DNA of 64,000 nt from an uncultured Solirubrobacterales bacterium. GTDB lineage: Bacteria; Actinomycetota; Thermoleophilia; Solirubrobacterales; 70-9. The stretch covers positions 9,715 to 73,714 of the forward strand of contig CAWGUT010000004.1 of NCBI GenBank assembly GCA_963825825.1. The letters are read 5' to 3'. The notes beneath the pieces were generated by a model that saw nothing but the letters and a program-made list of their open reading frames with translations, had not been told where the DNA came from and made no database searches. Shown here piece after piece: positions 12,823-22,652 of this stretch. Position 1 is the first letter of the stretch. Every line of letters begins with the position of its first letter. The position numbers and the translations under genes were made by a program.

Positions 12823-13486
12823 ATGCCTCAAGTCGCCATCCTGGACGTCGACGGCACGCTCGTCGACACGAACTACCACCACGCGATCGCCTGGTTCCGG
12901 GCGTTCAGGCGCCACTTCCTGACCCTTCAGGTCTGGCGAATCCACCGTCACATCGGGATGGGCGGCGACCAGCTTGTCGCCGCGCTCGCCGGGGACGAGG
13001 TGGAGGAGCGCCTCGGCGACAGCATCCGCGACGCGGAGTCCGACCTCTACCGGGAGCTGATCGGCGAGGTCCAGGCGATGGAGGGCTCGCGCCGGCTGAT
13101 CGAGGACCTGAAGGACGCGGGCAACGCGGTGGTGCTGGCGAGCTCGGCCAAGGAATGGGAGGTCAAGCACTACCTCGGGCTGCTGGACGCCGCCGACGAT
13201 CGTCGACGCCTGGACGACCTCCGACGACGTCGAGCGGACCAAGCCCGAGCCGGACCTCGTGCACGCGGCGCTCGACAAGGTCGATGGGCGCCCGGAGGAC
13301 GCGCTGCTGATCGGGGACACGGTCTGGGATGTGGAGGCGGCGCACCGGGCCGGCGTCGAGACGCTCGCGGTGCTGACCGGTGGGTTCTCCGAGCAGGAGC
13401 TGAGCGACGCGGGCGCGCGCGAGGTCTTCACCTCTGTCGAGGAGCTGCGCCAGAGCCTGGTCGAGACGCCGCTGCGGAGCAGCTAG
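12823..13486 (+). pseudogene. HAD-superfamily hydrolase, one frame break
   Basis: MPQVAILDVDGTLVDTNYHH (DxDGT motif) lies inside ORF 12583..13668. There is an extra base near ~13197 (GCC GAC g ATC GTC). The sequence continues ...VDAWTTSDDVERTKPEPDLVHAALDKV...LLIGDTVWDVEAA in ORF 13259..13486. Confidence 0.75.
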
Positions 13487-13795
13487 CCGCTGTCGCCGCC
13501 GACCGCGGCGAAGCGGTTGCCCTCCCGCCTCACCAGCCCGCGCCGCCGGGCGAGCCAGAGCGCACTCGCCGAAGCGGCCTGGGCCCCAGAAGCGGGACTC
13601 GACCGCGCGCCGGAGCTCCCGCCGGTTCATCGGCCCGTGCTCCCGGAGGGCCGCGACGAGGTCGGTGACCTCCCGCTCGATGTCCCGGTCCTCTTCTCGC
13701 GGGGAGGAGACGGAGAAGGGGGCCCAGGAGGAGCGCTGCGCCCGAGGCCTGGCCTCCGGATCCGGCGGACGGCGTCGTGAGAACCGCCCGCTCAC
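13483..13795 (-). pseudogene. small hypothetical protein (winged-helix-like), one frame break
   Basis: ORF 13163..13795 reads ...DIEREVTDLVAALREHGPMNRRELRRAVESRFWGPGRFGE and then junk. A switch near ~13555 gives ALWLARRRGLVRREGNRFAAVGGDSG and TAG at 13483..13485. Confidence 0.4.
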
Positions 13796-15267
13796 GTGCT
13801 CTCCACGGTCTCTGCGGAGAGCGGCTCAGCGATCTCCTCCAGGTGCTTCTGCTCGGCGCGCACGCCGAGGAACCACTCGACCAGAGCGGCTATGCACATC
13901 AGAGCCGCCGTGATCGCGAAGGCCACGAACACGGCATCGGGGTTCCCTCCGTCGACGACCTTGCCGTAGTAGAGGGGCCCGATCGCGCCGCCGATTCCCG
14001 TCGCGATCGCGTAGAAGAGCGCGATCGCCATCGCCCTCGTCTCCAGCGGGAAGATCTCGCTGACAGTCAGATAGGCGGCGGAAGCGGCGGCGGAGGCGAA
14101 GAAGAAGGTGCCGCAGAGGACGGCCACGAAGACCCAGACCGAGGCGCCGGTCTGGGCGATGAGGTAGCCGTTGACCAGCATCCCGATCCCGCCCAGGAGG
14201 TAGGTGGCGGTGATCATCTCCCGTCGGCCGAATGTGTCGAAGAGCCGGCCCAGCATCAGGGCGCCGAGGAAGTTCGCGATGCCGAAGGGGACCAGGTAGA
14301 GCCCGGCGACGCTGTCGCCCACGCCGAAGAAGCCGGTGAGCAGCCCGGAGAAGTTGAAGAGCACGGCGTTGTAGAGGAATGCCTGCGTGGCCATCAGGGC
14401 GAAGCCGAGCAGGAAGCGCCGCGGGTACTTCTTGAACAGCGTCCGACCGATGTCGATGAAGCCCGTGCTCTCCCGCGGGTGTATCTCGAGCTCCAGGTCC
14501 GGCTCGGGCAGGTCTCGCCGCCCGGTCTCCTCCTTGACCGTCTCCTCGATCTCGGAGACCAGCTTCTCGGCCTCCTCCTGTCGCCCGTGGACCATCAGCC
14601 AGCGCGGGCTCTCCGGCACGTAGCGGCGGACCAGCATGATCCCGACAGCGAGCAGCGCACCGAGTGCGAAGCCGAGGCGCCAGCCGAGGTCCGTGCTGAA
14701 GATCGAGGTGTCGAGCAGAACCCCTGTCAACGCAGCTCCGAAGGCTGCGCCGAGCCAGAAGCTCCCGTTGACCGCCAGATCGACCCAGCCGCGCACCCGA
14801 GCCGGAATGAGCTCGTCGATCGCTGAGTTGATCGCCGCGTACTCACCGCCGATCCCGAATCCGGTGAAGAAGCGGAAGAACACGAACCACGCGAAGCTGC
14901 CGGCGAACGCCGTGCCGACCGTGGCCAGCAGGTAGAGGAGGAGCGTGACGATGAAGAGCCGCTTGCGGCCCAGCCGGTCGGTCAGGTAGCCGAAGAAGAG
15001 CGCTCCGAAGCAGGCGCCGAGCACGTAGGCGGTGCCCGCCTGGCCGAGCTGGGACGCCGAGAGTCCAAGGGTGCCGGGCTCCTGCAGGCGGGCGCCGATT
15101 GCGCCGACGATCGTGACCTCGAGGCCGTCGAGGATCCAGACGGTCCCGAGTCCGATGAGGACGAGCCAGTGCCAGCGCGCCCAGGGCAGGCGATCCATGC
15201 GCGCCGGGATCTTGGTCCTGACGGTGCCTCCCGCCTCCGGCTTCCCTGCCGTGGCTCCGCTCTCCAT
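13792..15267 (-). CDS. MFS transporter (sugar-porter/metabolite:H+ symporter type)
   Basis: Uninterrupted 491-aa ORF with many TM helices, motif A GYLTDRLGRKR and the PESPRWL signature. Confidence 0.85.
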   Translation of the reverse strand: MESGATAGKPEAGGTVRTKIPARMDRLPWARWHWLVLIGLGTVWILDGLEVTIVGAIGARLQEPGTLGLSASQLGQAGTAYVLGACFGALFFGYLTDRLGRKRLFIVTLLLYLLATVGTAFAGSFAWFVFFRFFTGFGIGGEYAAINSAIDELIPARVRGWVDLAVNGSFWLGAAFGAALTGVLLDTSIFSTDLGWRLGFALGALLAVGIMLVRRYVPESPRWLMVHGRQEEAEKLVSEIEETVKEETGRRDLPEPDLELEIHPRESTGFIDIGRTLFKKYPRRFLLGFALMATQAFLYNAVLFNFSGLLTGFFGVGDSVAGLYLVPFGIANFLGALMLGRLFDTFGRREMITATYLLGGIGMLVNGYLIAQTGASVWVFVAVLCGTFFFASAAASAAYLTVSEIFPLETRAMAIALFYAIATGIGGAIGPLYYGKVVDGGNPDAVFVAFAITAALMCIAALVEWFLGVRAEQKHLEEIAEPLSAETVEST

Positions 15268-15275
15268 ATCCCCGC

Positions 15276-16031
15276 TTATCCCCCCGTCTCCACCTCCTCC
15301 AAACTGCGGGCGGCGATTGCAACCGTCTCCTCGTCGAGCTCGGCGTCGACAAGCTCGTAGCGCTTGGCGAGCTCGGCGATCAGCGCCTCCTCGATCTCGC
15401 CCACGTCGACCTCGCGGCCGAGCTCGTCGGCCACGCTGCCCGATGTCGCGGGGTCCCAGTCGAGCTCGAGCGCCCGATAGACCGGCTCGAGCACCCGCGC
15501 GACCTCGCGGCCGCCCGAGGCGACGACGACCCCGCCCATGTGGGCGCCGCCGCGGATCATCCGCTGGCCGATGCCGGCGAGCTTGGTCCGGCCGCGGGCG
15601 TTGACGCTGTAGGCCCCGGGGCAGTACTCGCCCGGGACCTCGCCGACCCTGGCGTCGACGCCGAGCCCGCGCAGGGCGTCGGCGATCAGGTCTGCCATCT
15701 CCTCGAAGCGGGCGTAGGTGCGCTTCGGGGGCTGCGGGTCGCGGTAGGCGCGGGCGATCGCGATCGTGCCCTGATGGAAGACGGCCGCGCGGCCGCCCGC
15801 CAGTCGCTCGACGGCCGCGAACCCGGCCGCGCGGGCGGCCTCGGCGGCGGCCTCATAGCCTGGGCTGGCGACGTCCTGGCGCCCGAAGGCGACCTCGTTG
15901 CCCGGGCGGTGGATGCGGATCGTCGGGGGAAGCTCGCCGGCCGCCACCCGGCGCAGGATGGTGCGCGAGACCGCCGTGCTGAGCTCGGGCTGGTCGGGGA
16001 AGGAGTGGCGGATCAGGCGGAGTCGCTCCAC
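15276..16031 (-). CDS. lipoate-protein ligase family protein (BPL/LPL catalytic domain)
   Basis: Uninterrupted 251-aa ORF with RIHRPGNEVAFGRQD, GGRAAVFHQGT and GRTKLAGIGQR. Confidence 0.7.
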   Translation of the reverse strand: MERLRLIRHSFPDQPELSTAVSRTILRRVAAGELPPTIRIHRPGNEVAFGRQDVASPGYEAAAEAARAAGFAAVERLAGGRAAVFHQGTIAIARAYRDPQPPKRTYARFEEMADLIADALRGLGVDARVGEVPGEYCPGAYSVNARGRTKLAGIGQRMIRGGAHMGGVVVASGGREVARVLEPVYRALELDWDPATSGSVADELGREVDVGEIEEALIAELAKRYELVDAELDEETVAIAARSLEEVETGG

Positions 16032-16063
16032 CCGGTCAAGTCTGACGGGCGCCGGGCTCGAAC

Positions 16064-16787
16064 CTACGCGGCCTCGTCCGGGTCGTCCCCGAGCAGCGCC
16101 TCGCGCAGCAGGCGCTCCTCCTCGTCGAAGAGGTGGCCGATCGTGCGGTCACGGTCGAGCAGGATGCGCCGCTTGGTCTGCGTGGTCGCCTCGCGCGGTG
16201 CCGAGGCGATCCGGCCCGCCAGCTCGACCGCGCGCGCCATCAACTCGTCGGCGGGGTGGACGGCGCCGACGATCCCCATGCGGAGCGCGCCCGGGGCGTC
16301 GAGCAGCCTGCCGGTGAGCGTGAGCTCGGCGGCGACCGGGGCGGGGAGGGCCGCTCGGGCGGCGGCGTAGCTCGGAGGTATCCCGCGCGGCAGCTCGGGG
16401 AAGCCGAAGCTCGCGTCCTCGGCGGCGAGCCGCAGGTCGCAGAGCAGCGCGAGAGCGAAGCCGCCGGCCAGGGCCGGGCCGTTGACCGCTGCGACCACCG
16501 GCTTGAGGCAGCCGGCGACTGCCCGGAAGGAGCCGATGCTCGTCTCGACCAGGCGCTCCCTGTGGGCGCGGTCGCCGCCGAACTCGCTCGTGTCCATCCC
16601 CGCAGCAGAACGCGGGCGGGGCGCCGGTGAGCACGATCGCGCCGACCTCTGGGTCCTCGCCGAGCGCGCCGAAGGCGTCGGCCAGCTCGACCCGCAGGTC
16701 GATCGAGAGGGCGTTTCGCTTCTCCGGCCGCTGCAGCGTGACCACCGCGACTTCCTCGCGCCGCTCGAGGGAGAGGAGGCCGGCCAT
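16064..16787 (-). pseudogene. enoyl-CoA hydratase/isomerase family protein, one frame break
   Basis: ORF 16149..16787 ([32 protein letters not shown]) and the C-terminal part of ORF 16064..17035 ([34 protein letters not shown]) join with a switch near ~16600. Confidence 0.8.
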
Positions 16788-16829
16788 GGAAGGGCATCAT
16801 CTCCGAAACGCGCGAAGGAGGACGATCGA

Positions 16830-17291
16830 TTGAAGTCGCACACCGAGTACATGACCTTCAACACGGATGAGCGCCGCGAGTTCATCCGCATCACCGAGAA
16901 CGTGCAGAGCGCGGTCGACACGGCAGGGGTCGCGGAGGGGATGGTGCTGGTCTCGGCAATGCACATCACGGCGGCGGTCTGGGTGAATGACGACGAGCCG
17001 GGGCTCCAGGAGGACACCCTCGAGTGGCTCGACAAGGTGGCGCCGCCGAGCTGGAAGGAGCCGGCGAACGAGGTGGCTCGCGAGCTGCTTCCGGATCCCG
17101 GCGACTACCGCCACCACCGCGGCGGTGAGGACAACGGCGACGCGCATCTCAAGAACCTGCTGGTCCACCACCAGGTCGTCCTGCCGATCACCGAGGGCCG
17201 CCTCGACCTCGGTCCGTGGCAGGCGGTCTTCTACTGCGAGTTCGACGGCCGCCGCTCGAAGCGGCTGGTGATCAAGGTGATGGGCGATTAG
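16830..17291 (+). CDS. YjbQ/UPF0047 family protein (secondary thiamine-phosphate synthase-like)
   Basis: AAGGAGG at 16815..16821 and TTG at 16830, in frame with ORF 16482..17291. Motifs are [39 protein letters not shown] and [15 protein letters not shown]. Confidence 0.75.
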   Translation: MKSHTEYMTFNTDERREFIRITENVQSAVDTAGVAEGMVLVSAMHITAAVWVNDDEPGLQEDTLEWLDKVAPPSWKEPANEVARELLPDPGDYRHHRGGEDNGDAHLKNLLVHHQVVLPITEGRLDLGPWQAVFYCEFDGRRSKRLVIKVMGD

Positions 17292-17342
17292 CGTCGCGCG
17301 AGCCGAACTCAGGCGGAGGGCCCCTCTCTGGCCGCTCCCGCC

Positions 17343-18167
17343 ATGGTGATCGGCGCGGTGGTCTCGGTCCAGCTCGGGTCGGCGACAGCGACCACCCTGT
17401 TCGACCAGGTCGGGCCCGCGGGGGCGGTGCTCTATCGGCTGCTGTTTGCGGCGGTGCTCCTGCTCGCGATCTGGCGACCGGTGCTGATGGAGGCAGGCCG
17501 CGAAGGGCTGATCCTGGCGATCGCCTTCGGGGTGACCCTCGCCGGGATGAACCTCAGCTTCTACGAGTCCCTCGACCGGATCGATCTCGGGATCGCGGTG
17601 ACCTTCGAGTTCGTCGGGCCGTTGCTCGTCGGGCTGCTCGCGTCGAGGCGGGCGCTCGATCTGGTCTGGGTCGCCTGCGCCGCGATCGGCGTGCTGCTGC
17701 TGACCCGTCCGTCCGGGTCGGCGAGCGCGGCGGGCATCGGCTTCGCGCTGCTCGCCGGCGGGTTCTGGGCCGCCTACATCCTGCTCAGCGCTCGGGTGGG
17801 CCGAGCGTTCTCGGGCGGCCGCGGGCTCGCTCTGGCGATGGGGGTCGCGGCCGCGCTGATGGTCGTCCCGGGTACCGCCGCCGCGGGCGGCGACCTGCTC
17901 GACCCCGGCGCCGCGGCGGTCGGCGCCGCGACCGCGGTGCTGAGCTCGGTGATCCCCTACTCGCTCGAGCTCGAGGCGCTGCGGCGGATCGCGGTGGGCA
18001 CCTTCGGGGTGCTGATGAGCCTCGAGCCGGCGGTGGCCGCGCTGATCGGACTGATCGCCCTCGACCAGGGGCTCGCCACCGTCGACGTGCTCGGCATCGC
18101 CCTGGTCGTGGTTGCCAGCGCGGGCGTGCTCGGGGCGTCGGTGGCGCAGGCGCCGACCGAGGCGTAA
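17343..18167 (+). CDS. EamA/DMT family transporter (RhtA-like)
   Basis: Uninterrupted 274-aa ORF with about 10 hydrophobic helices and two EamA-like halves (SFYESLDRIDLGIAVTFEFVGPL, SVIPYSLELEALRRI). Confidence 0.8.
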   Translation: MVIGAVVSVQLGSATATTLFDQVGPAGAVLYRLLFAAVLLLAIWRPVLMEAGREGLILAIAFGVTLAGMNLSFYESLDRIDLGIAVTFEFVGPLLVGLLASRRALDLVWVACAAIGVLLLTRPSGSASAAGIGFALLAGGFWAAYILLSARVGRAFSGGRGLALAMGVAAALMVVPGTAAAGGDLLDPGAAAVGAATAVLSSVIPYSLELEALRRIAVGTFGVLMSLEPAVAALIGLIALDQGLATVDVLGIALVVVASAGVLGASVAQAPTEA

Positions 18168-18475
18168 CTAGGCCGCGCGACGAAGCCGCCGCAGCCGGCG
18201 GCCGAAGCGCAGCCGGGCGAGGCCGGAGGCCGCCGACATCTCGATGGTCGGCTGCTCGCACTGCGGCCGTGCCGAGCAACGACGGCATGTGGTGCTCGAT
18301 CTGGGCCTGGAGGCAGGCCCGACATGAGCACTCAGGAACGGATATGCCTGTGTTCGAACAGACCGTCATCCGGATTCCATAAGCCGAAGCGGGGTCACGG
18401 TAACCCCATCGGCGGTCGGAAATCCCGCAAATAGCCCGAAAGTGCGTAGTTGACGTCCGGTCACTCGAACCCCGT

Positions 18476-19330
18476 ATGAGCCCCCTGCAAGGATCCGCGG
18501 AGATGGAAGCAAAGGGGCCAGATGTCCGCGCCGATTCCATTGCGGAGGCGGTCGGCAAGGCGCAGGTCCACGCGCCGACGCGGGGCAACCGCAAGCTGGA
18601 GCACTTCCTCGACGCCGTCAACGCGGACGAGCGCGTGCGGGCCTGGTGGTACATGGCGCAGATCAACTCGGAGCGTCTCGGGATGTCCGATCACTCCTGG
18701 GTCCACGTCCAGGTGGTGCTCAACATCGCGCTGCGGCTGCTGCGCCTGCTGGTCAAGGGCGGCATCGAGCCGGCGATGGTCAGCGACCACCGGATGAAGG
18801 ACCGCGACGCCGAGGTCGTCGTGGCGGGGGGCGCCCTGCTGCACGACGTCGGGATGTCGGTCCACCGCACCGACCACGAGGCCTACAGCCTCTTCCTGGT
18901 CCAGGAGCGGCTGCAGTCGCTGCTCGTCGACACCTACCGGGAGCCGGAGCGCACGGTGGTGATCTCGGAGATCCTGCACGCGATCATCGGCCACCGCCGT
19001 CGCGGCGAGCCGTACACGCTCGAGGCCGGGGTGGTGCGGGTCGCGGATGCGCTCGACATGGCCGAGGGCCGCTCACGCATCCCGGTCGAGGACGGCCAGT
19101 ACGGGATCCACGCCCTCTCGGCGGCGGCGATCGACGAGGTCCGGATCGAGAGCGGGGAGGAGCGGGCCGTCCGGATCGAGATCGAGATGAACAACTCCGC
19201 GGGCATCTTCCAGGTCGACGACCTGCTCGCCACCAAGCTCCGCGGCACCCCGCTGGAGGGCCACGTCGAGGTGATCGCCCAGGTCTCGGGCGAGACGGAG
19301 AAGCGCCTGCTGCCGTCCTTCCGCCTGTAG
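18476..19330 (+). CDS. HD domain-containing phosphohydrolase
   Basis: Uninterrupted 284-aa ORF with an HD motif region ALLHDVGMSVHRTDHE and further His/Asp clusters (HAIIGHRR, RVADALD). An alternative start is ATG 18503. Confidence 0.7.
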   Translation: MSPLQGSAEMEAKGPDVRADSIAEAVGKAQVHAPTRGNRKLEHFLDAVNADERVRAWWYMAQINSERLGMSDHSWVHVQVVLNIALRLLRLLVKGGIEPAMVSDHRMKDRDAEVVVAGGALLHDVGMSVHRTDHEAYSLFLVQERLQSLLVDTYREPERTVVISEILHAIIGHRRRGEPYTLEAGVVRVADALDMAEGRSRIPVEDGQYGIHALSAAAIDEVRIESGEERAVRIEIEMNNSAGIFQVDDLLATKLRGTPLEGHVEVIAQVSGETEKRLLPSFRL

Positions 19331-19370
19331 CGCCGGGGGCGAAACCGCGATCTCGAGCACTTTCCTGGCT

Positions 19371-20305
19371 GTGGGCCGGGAAAGCGGCTCGAGATCAAAA
19401 CCGAGCTCTGGCGGCTTGGGCGAGCTCCAGCACGGCGTCGTTGCACGCGCGTCAGCTCCTCGACTCTGGGCTTCAGCTCCGACGAGATCGACGGTCGCGT
19501 CGCAAGCGGCCGCCTTCATCGACTTATGGCGCGGTGTCTATGCCGTCGGGACGACCGACGACTGACCGTCACGGATGGTGGTTGGCCGCGGTCTTGGCGT
19601 GCGGGAGTCAGGCGCTGCTGAGCCATCGAGAGCGCGGCCAGCTTGGGGGATTCTTCAAGACGAACACCGGCAATGAAGGAGGAGCTGAGCTCGGCCGCCG
19701 GCGATCGACGTTTCAGTGCCGGCTGAGCGAAGAGTCATCGGCGGAACGGAATTCGTCTCCATCGCCGACGTGATCTCGGCGAGATCGGATCAGCCGGAGC
19801 GCGAGCGGATCCCGGTAACGAGCCCCGGCCGGACCTTGCTCGATCTCGCCTCCCTTCTGCACCCGAGCCAGCTGGAGACGGCCGATCAACGCGGCGGACA
19901 GGCTCGGGCTGATCGATCCGGAATCACTTCGAGCCGAACTGCGATGAGCAGCGGTGGTGCGACCGGTGCTCCGGCGCTACGGCGGGTCCTCGATCGGCAC
20001 ACCTTCGCCTTCACCGACTCGGAGCTGGAGCGACGATTCTTGCGGCTGGTTCGGCGAGGCAAGGCTGCCACAGCCGGAGACCAGCAACGCATGTGAACGG
20101 TTTCCGTGTGGACTTCCTCTGGCCGGAGCTGCGGCTGGTGGTCGAGACCGATGGCTGCGTTACCACCGGACGCCGGCCCAGCAGTCAAAGGACGGGCCCG
20201 AGACCAGGCATTGGTCGCCGCCGGCTTCACTGTCCTGCGATTCACCCACGCCCAGGTCCGATACGACCCGGAGCATGTGGTCGAGACCTTCGCGCTCTGT
20301 CCTGA
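19371..20305 (+). pseudogene. DUF559 endonuclease-domain protein (AbiEi-like N-terminus), heavily degraded
   Basis: Pieces lie in all three + frames: LGELQHGVVARA / QLLDSGL / RGVYAVG / WWLAAVLACGSQALLSHR / IPVTSPGRTLLDLASLL / DSELERRFLRLVRR / FRVDFLWPELRLVVETDG / ALVAAGFTVLRFTHAQVRYDPEHVVE. The probable end is TGA 20303..20305. Confidence 0.6.
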
Positions 20306-20333
20306 CGTGGATCCTGAAGCGACTTTCCCGGCG

Positions 20334-21152
20334 CTAGGCCGGGAAACTGCTCGAGATCCGTCCTAGACGCCCGGCGCCCTCGCCGCCCCGGCCCTCGCCG
20401 GCCGCGAAGCGGGCTGCGCCCTCGACGCCGACGCCCGTGACCGCGCCGCCGATCTCGGCCTCTCGGGCGAGACCCTCCTCCAGGGGGAGGCCGAAGCCCT
20501 CCAGGGCCGAGCGGCGGTCGGCGAGCATCGTCTCCTGCGGGAACGAGGCGAGGCCCTCGGCCATCTCCAGAGACCGCTCCAGGTGCTTCCCGGGGGGTAC
20601 CACCTCGGTGAGCAGTCCCATCCCGAGTGCCTCCTCGGCCTCGACGATCCGGCCGGTGAGGATCATGTCCAGTGCCCGGCCCATGCCGACGATCCGCGGC
20701 AGCCGCTGGGTCCCGCCGTCGATCAGCGGGACGCCCCAGCGCCGCTCGGGGAAGCCGAGCTTCGCGGTCTCGGTGCCGACCCGGAGGTCGCACCAGAGCG
20801 CCAGCTCGAGCCCGCCGGCCAGCGCCCAGCCCGAGATCGCGGCGATCGTCGGCTTCGAAGGGGTGATCCGCGTGAAGCCGAGCGGCCCGTCCGGCCGCGG
20901 CTTCAGCCACTGCTTGGCGATCCCCTCGTCGTTCATCGCCGCCGCCACGGACTTGAGGTCGGCGCCGGCGCAGAACGCCTCATCGCCGGCGCCGGTGAGG
21001 ATCATCACCCGAGCCTCGTCGTCGGCCTCGAAGCCGCGGTAGGCCTCGAGCAGCTGGTCAGCCGTGTTCGGGTCGACGGCGTTCCGCCGCTCGGGCCGGT
21101 CGATGGTGATCACCGCCGCGGCTCCGCTCCGCTCATAGCCGACCTCGGGCAT
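20334..21152 (-). CDS. enoyl-CoA hydratase/isomerase family protein
   Basis: Within ORF 20334..21290, read from Met 21152 (MPEVGYERSGAAAVITIDRPERRNAV). Motifs are AFCAGADL and GWALAGGLELALWCDLRV. Intact. Confidence 0.85.
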   Translation of the reverse strand: MPEVGYERSGAAAVITIDRPERRNAVDPNTADQLLEAYRGFEADDEARVMILTGAGDEAFCAGADLKSVAAAMNDEGIAKQWLKPRPDGPLGFTRITPSKPTIAAISGWALAGGLELALWCDLRVGTETAKLGFPERRWGVPLIDGGTQRLPRIVGMGRALDMILTGRIVEAEEALGMGLLTEVVPPGKHLERSLEMAEGLASFPQETMLADRRSALEGFGLPLEEGLAREAEIGGAVTGVGVEGAARFAAGEGRGGEGAGRLGRISSSFPA

Positions 21153-21157
21153 TGGCC

Positions 21158-22262
21158 TCAGCCCGGAGTGGCCTGCGGCCATCCCCGCAGGTAAGGCAGC
21201 GGGTCGACCGGTTTGGTCTCGGCGCCGGGCGTCGCCTTGCCGACGCGGACCTCGAAGTGGAGGTGCGGGCCTTCGCAGGAGCCAGTGCACCCGAGCCGGC
21301 CGATCAGCTGCCCGGCGTGTACCTGCTTGCCGAGCAGCACCGGCGACGGCTTCAGCATGTGCATGTAGACGAAGCTGTGGTTGTCGTCGGGGCTGTAGAT
21401 CGTCAGGAAGTTGCCCCGGCCCCCCGCATCGGGGTCGGTGTTCTTGCCTCGATCGACGACGATCCCGTCGTGGACGGCGACCTCTGGCGTCCCCGTCTTC
21501 CCGAAGATGTCCTGGCCCTCGTGGACGTGGCCGTAGCGGGAGGCGCCGAAGCGAGCCTGGGCGTCGCCGAAGTCGTGCGCACCGATCAGCGGGAAGACGT
21601 AGCCAGGGGCGAGGCCCGGGGGCGTGCCCGAGTCGATGCCGAAGAGCGACGGCGCTGTTCGCCAGCGACTGGCGGCCCGGCGCCGGCGTCGAGTCCCGGC
21701 ACCGGCAGGCCGAGCACCGAGCCCAGCGCCGCGCTCAGCCCAGCACCACAGTGACCGCGAACCCCGCCTTGGCGGTCGGCCAGACCAGGCCGCGCCTTCG
21801 CGTCGCGGCCCGCCTGCGGTTCTCCGCGGCGCGGGCGCGCCTGCGGACCGGGCCCTGGACACCCGGTTCGATCCGGGCGCGTGCGGGCTGGGGCGGCCTA
21901 CGTTCGGCCTTCGGCGGCTTGGGTTCGGCCTTCGGCGGCTTGTGGCGCGACCAGACGTAGCGCTCGTGTCGCTCCCTTTCGCCCCGCTCTCGACGCAGCC
22001 GCTCGAGCCGCGCCTGGCGGCGCTGCTCCAGGCGCTCCTGCATCGCCCGATCGCGCTCGGCACGCTCCCGCTCGATCCGCTCCCGACGCGCCCGCTCGGC
22101 GCGCTCCCGCTCGACTCGCTCGCGCTCGAGCCGCCGCGCGATCGACTCGCGGCCACCCTTGAACGAGACTACGTCCGCGTCACCGCCACCGAAGCGTCGC
22201 GCGGGCACCGTCCGGCGGTGCGTTCGTGGATCGACGACGCGATCGTCCCCTGCGAGCCCCAT
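21158..22262 (-). pseudogene. membrane-anchored M23 family metallopeptidase, two frame breaks
   Basis: The M23 domain is intact in ORF 21158..22156 (GHVHEGQDIF, GCTGSCEGPHLHFEV). ORF 21735..22262 holds the Arg/Glu-rich N-terminal region, KPPKAEP repeats and a TM helix. Switches lie near ~21735 and ~21660. Confidence 0.75.
21902..21943. repeat. 2 x 21-nt tandem direct repeat inside the M23 peptidase gene
   Basis: GTTCGGCCTTCGGCGGCTTGG (21902..21922) is followed by GTTCGGCCTTCGGCGGCTTGT (21923..21943). On the minus strand it encodes KPPKAEP KPPKAE. Confidence 0.8.
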
Positions 22263-22274
22263 GCCGCTTCGGGT

Positions 22275-22536
22275 CTAGCGGCTTCCGAGGCGCTCGAGGT
22301 CCTGCGTGCGCCTGTCTTTGCGGTTTTCGAGGCGAATCTGGATCAGCGAGAGGACGGTCACGAGGATCGCGAAGAACGCGATCAGCCCGAAGGCGAAGAA
22401 GGTGACCACCTTGTCGTCCGTGCGCCCGTAGACGCCGACGCCGTCGGCGGCCATCGCAGCGGGCGCGATGACGAGCGGGCCGACCACCGCGAGACAGCGC
22501 GACGAGCAGGCGGCGAAGAGAAGTCGCGAAACGCAT
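22275..22536 (-). pseudogene. small secreted/membrane-anchored protein, hypothetical, one frame break
   Basis: ORF 22275..22487 (ADGVGVYGRTDDKVVTFFAFGLIAFFAILVTVLSLIQIRLENRK...) lacks its signal peptide. MRFATS (ATG 22536, ORF 22180..22536) plus one switch supplies LLFAACSSRCLAVVGPLVIAPAAMA. Confidence 0.4.
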
Positions 22537-22652
22537 GCCCGGGCAATCTAACGAAACAGGCAGCGCCTAATACCATCCCGCCTTAGGCGCGTCTTACGGA
22601 TTCGGCCCGCCACGATGCCGCGGCCCTCGGCGCCCCGGCCGAGGACTCCGGC

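Noticed and set aside
12129-12824. A 231-aa minus-strand ORF spanning 12129..12824.
   Set aside because: Most of it is antisense to a better-supported + strand gene (12407..12770). Only its last 63 codons (from Met 12320) look like a small membrane protein.
18168-18372. A small Cys-rich ORF on the minus strand (MTVCSNTGISVPECSCRACLQAQIEHH... / ...CEQPTIEMSAASGLARLRFGRRLRRLRRAA) between the EamA and HD genes.
   Set aside because: It needs a frame switch to connect the two halves. Only a 23-codon piece has its own ATG, and it lies inside a long GC-driven open frame (ORF 17785..18666). I recognise no family motif.
18372-18475. A possible riboswitch (c-di-GMP type) in the lower-GC leader of the HD-domain gene, given the two GGDEF genes in the window.
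   Set aside because: I could not find the conserved GEMM-type elements or any convincing paired structure by eye. It would need a covariance-model search.
22563-22590. An 8-bp inverted repeat GCGCCTAA-N12-TTAGGCGC in the divergent promoter region upstream of uppP copy 1.
   Set aside because: It is short and isolated, with no recognisable promoter elements or second copy to suggest an operator. It could easily arise by chance.
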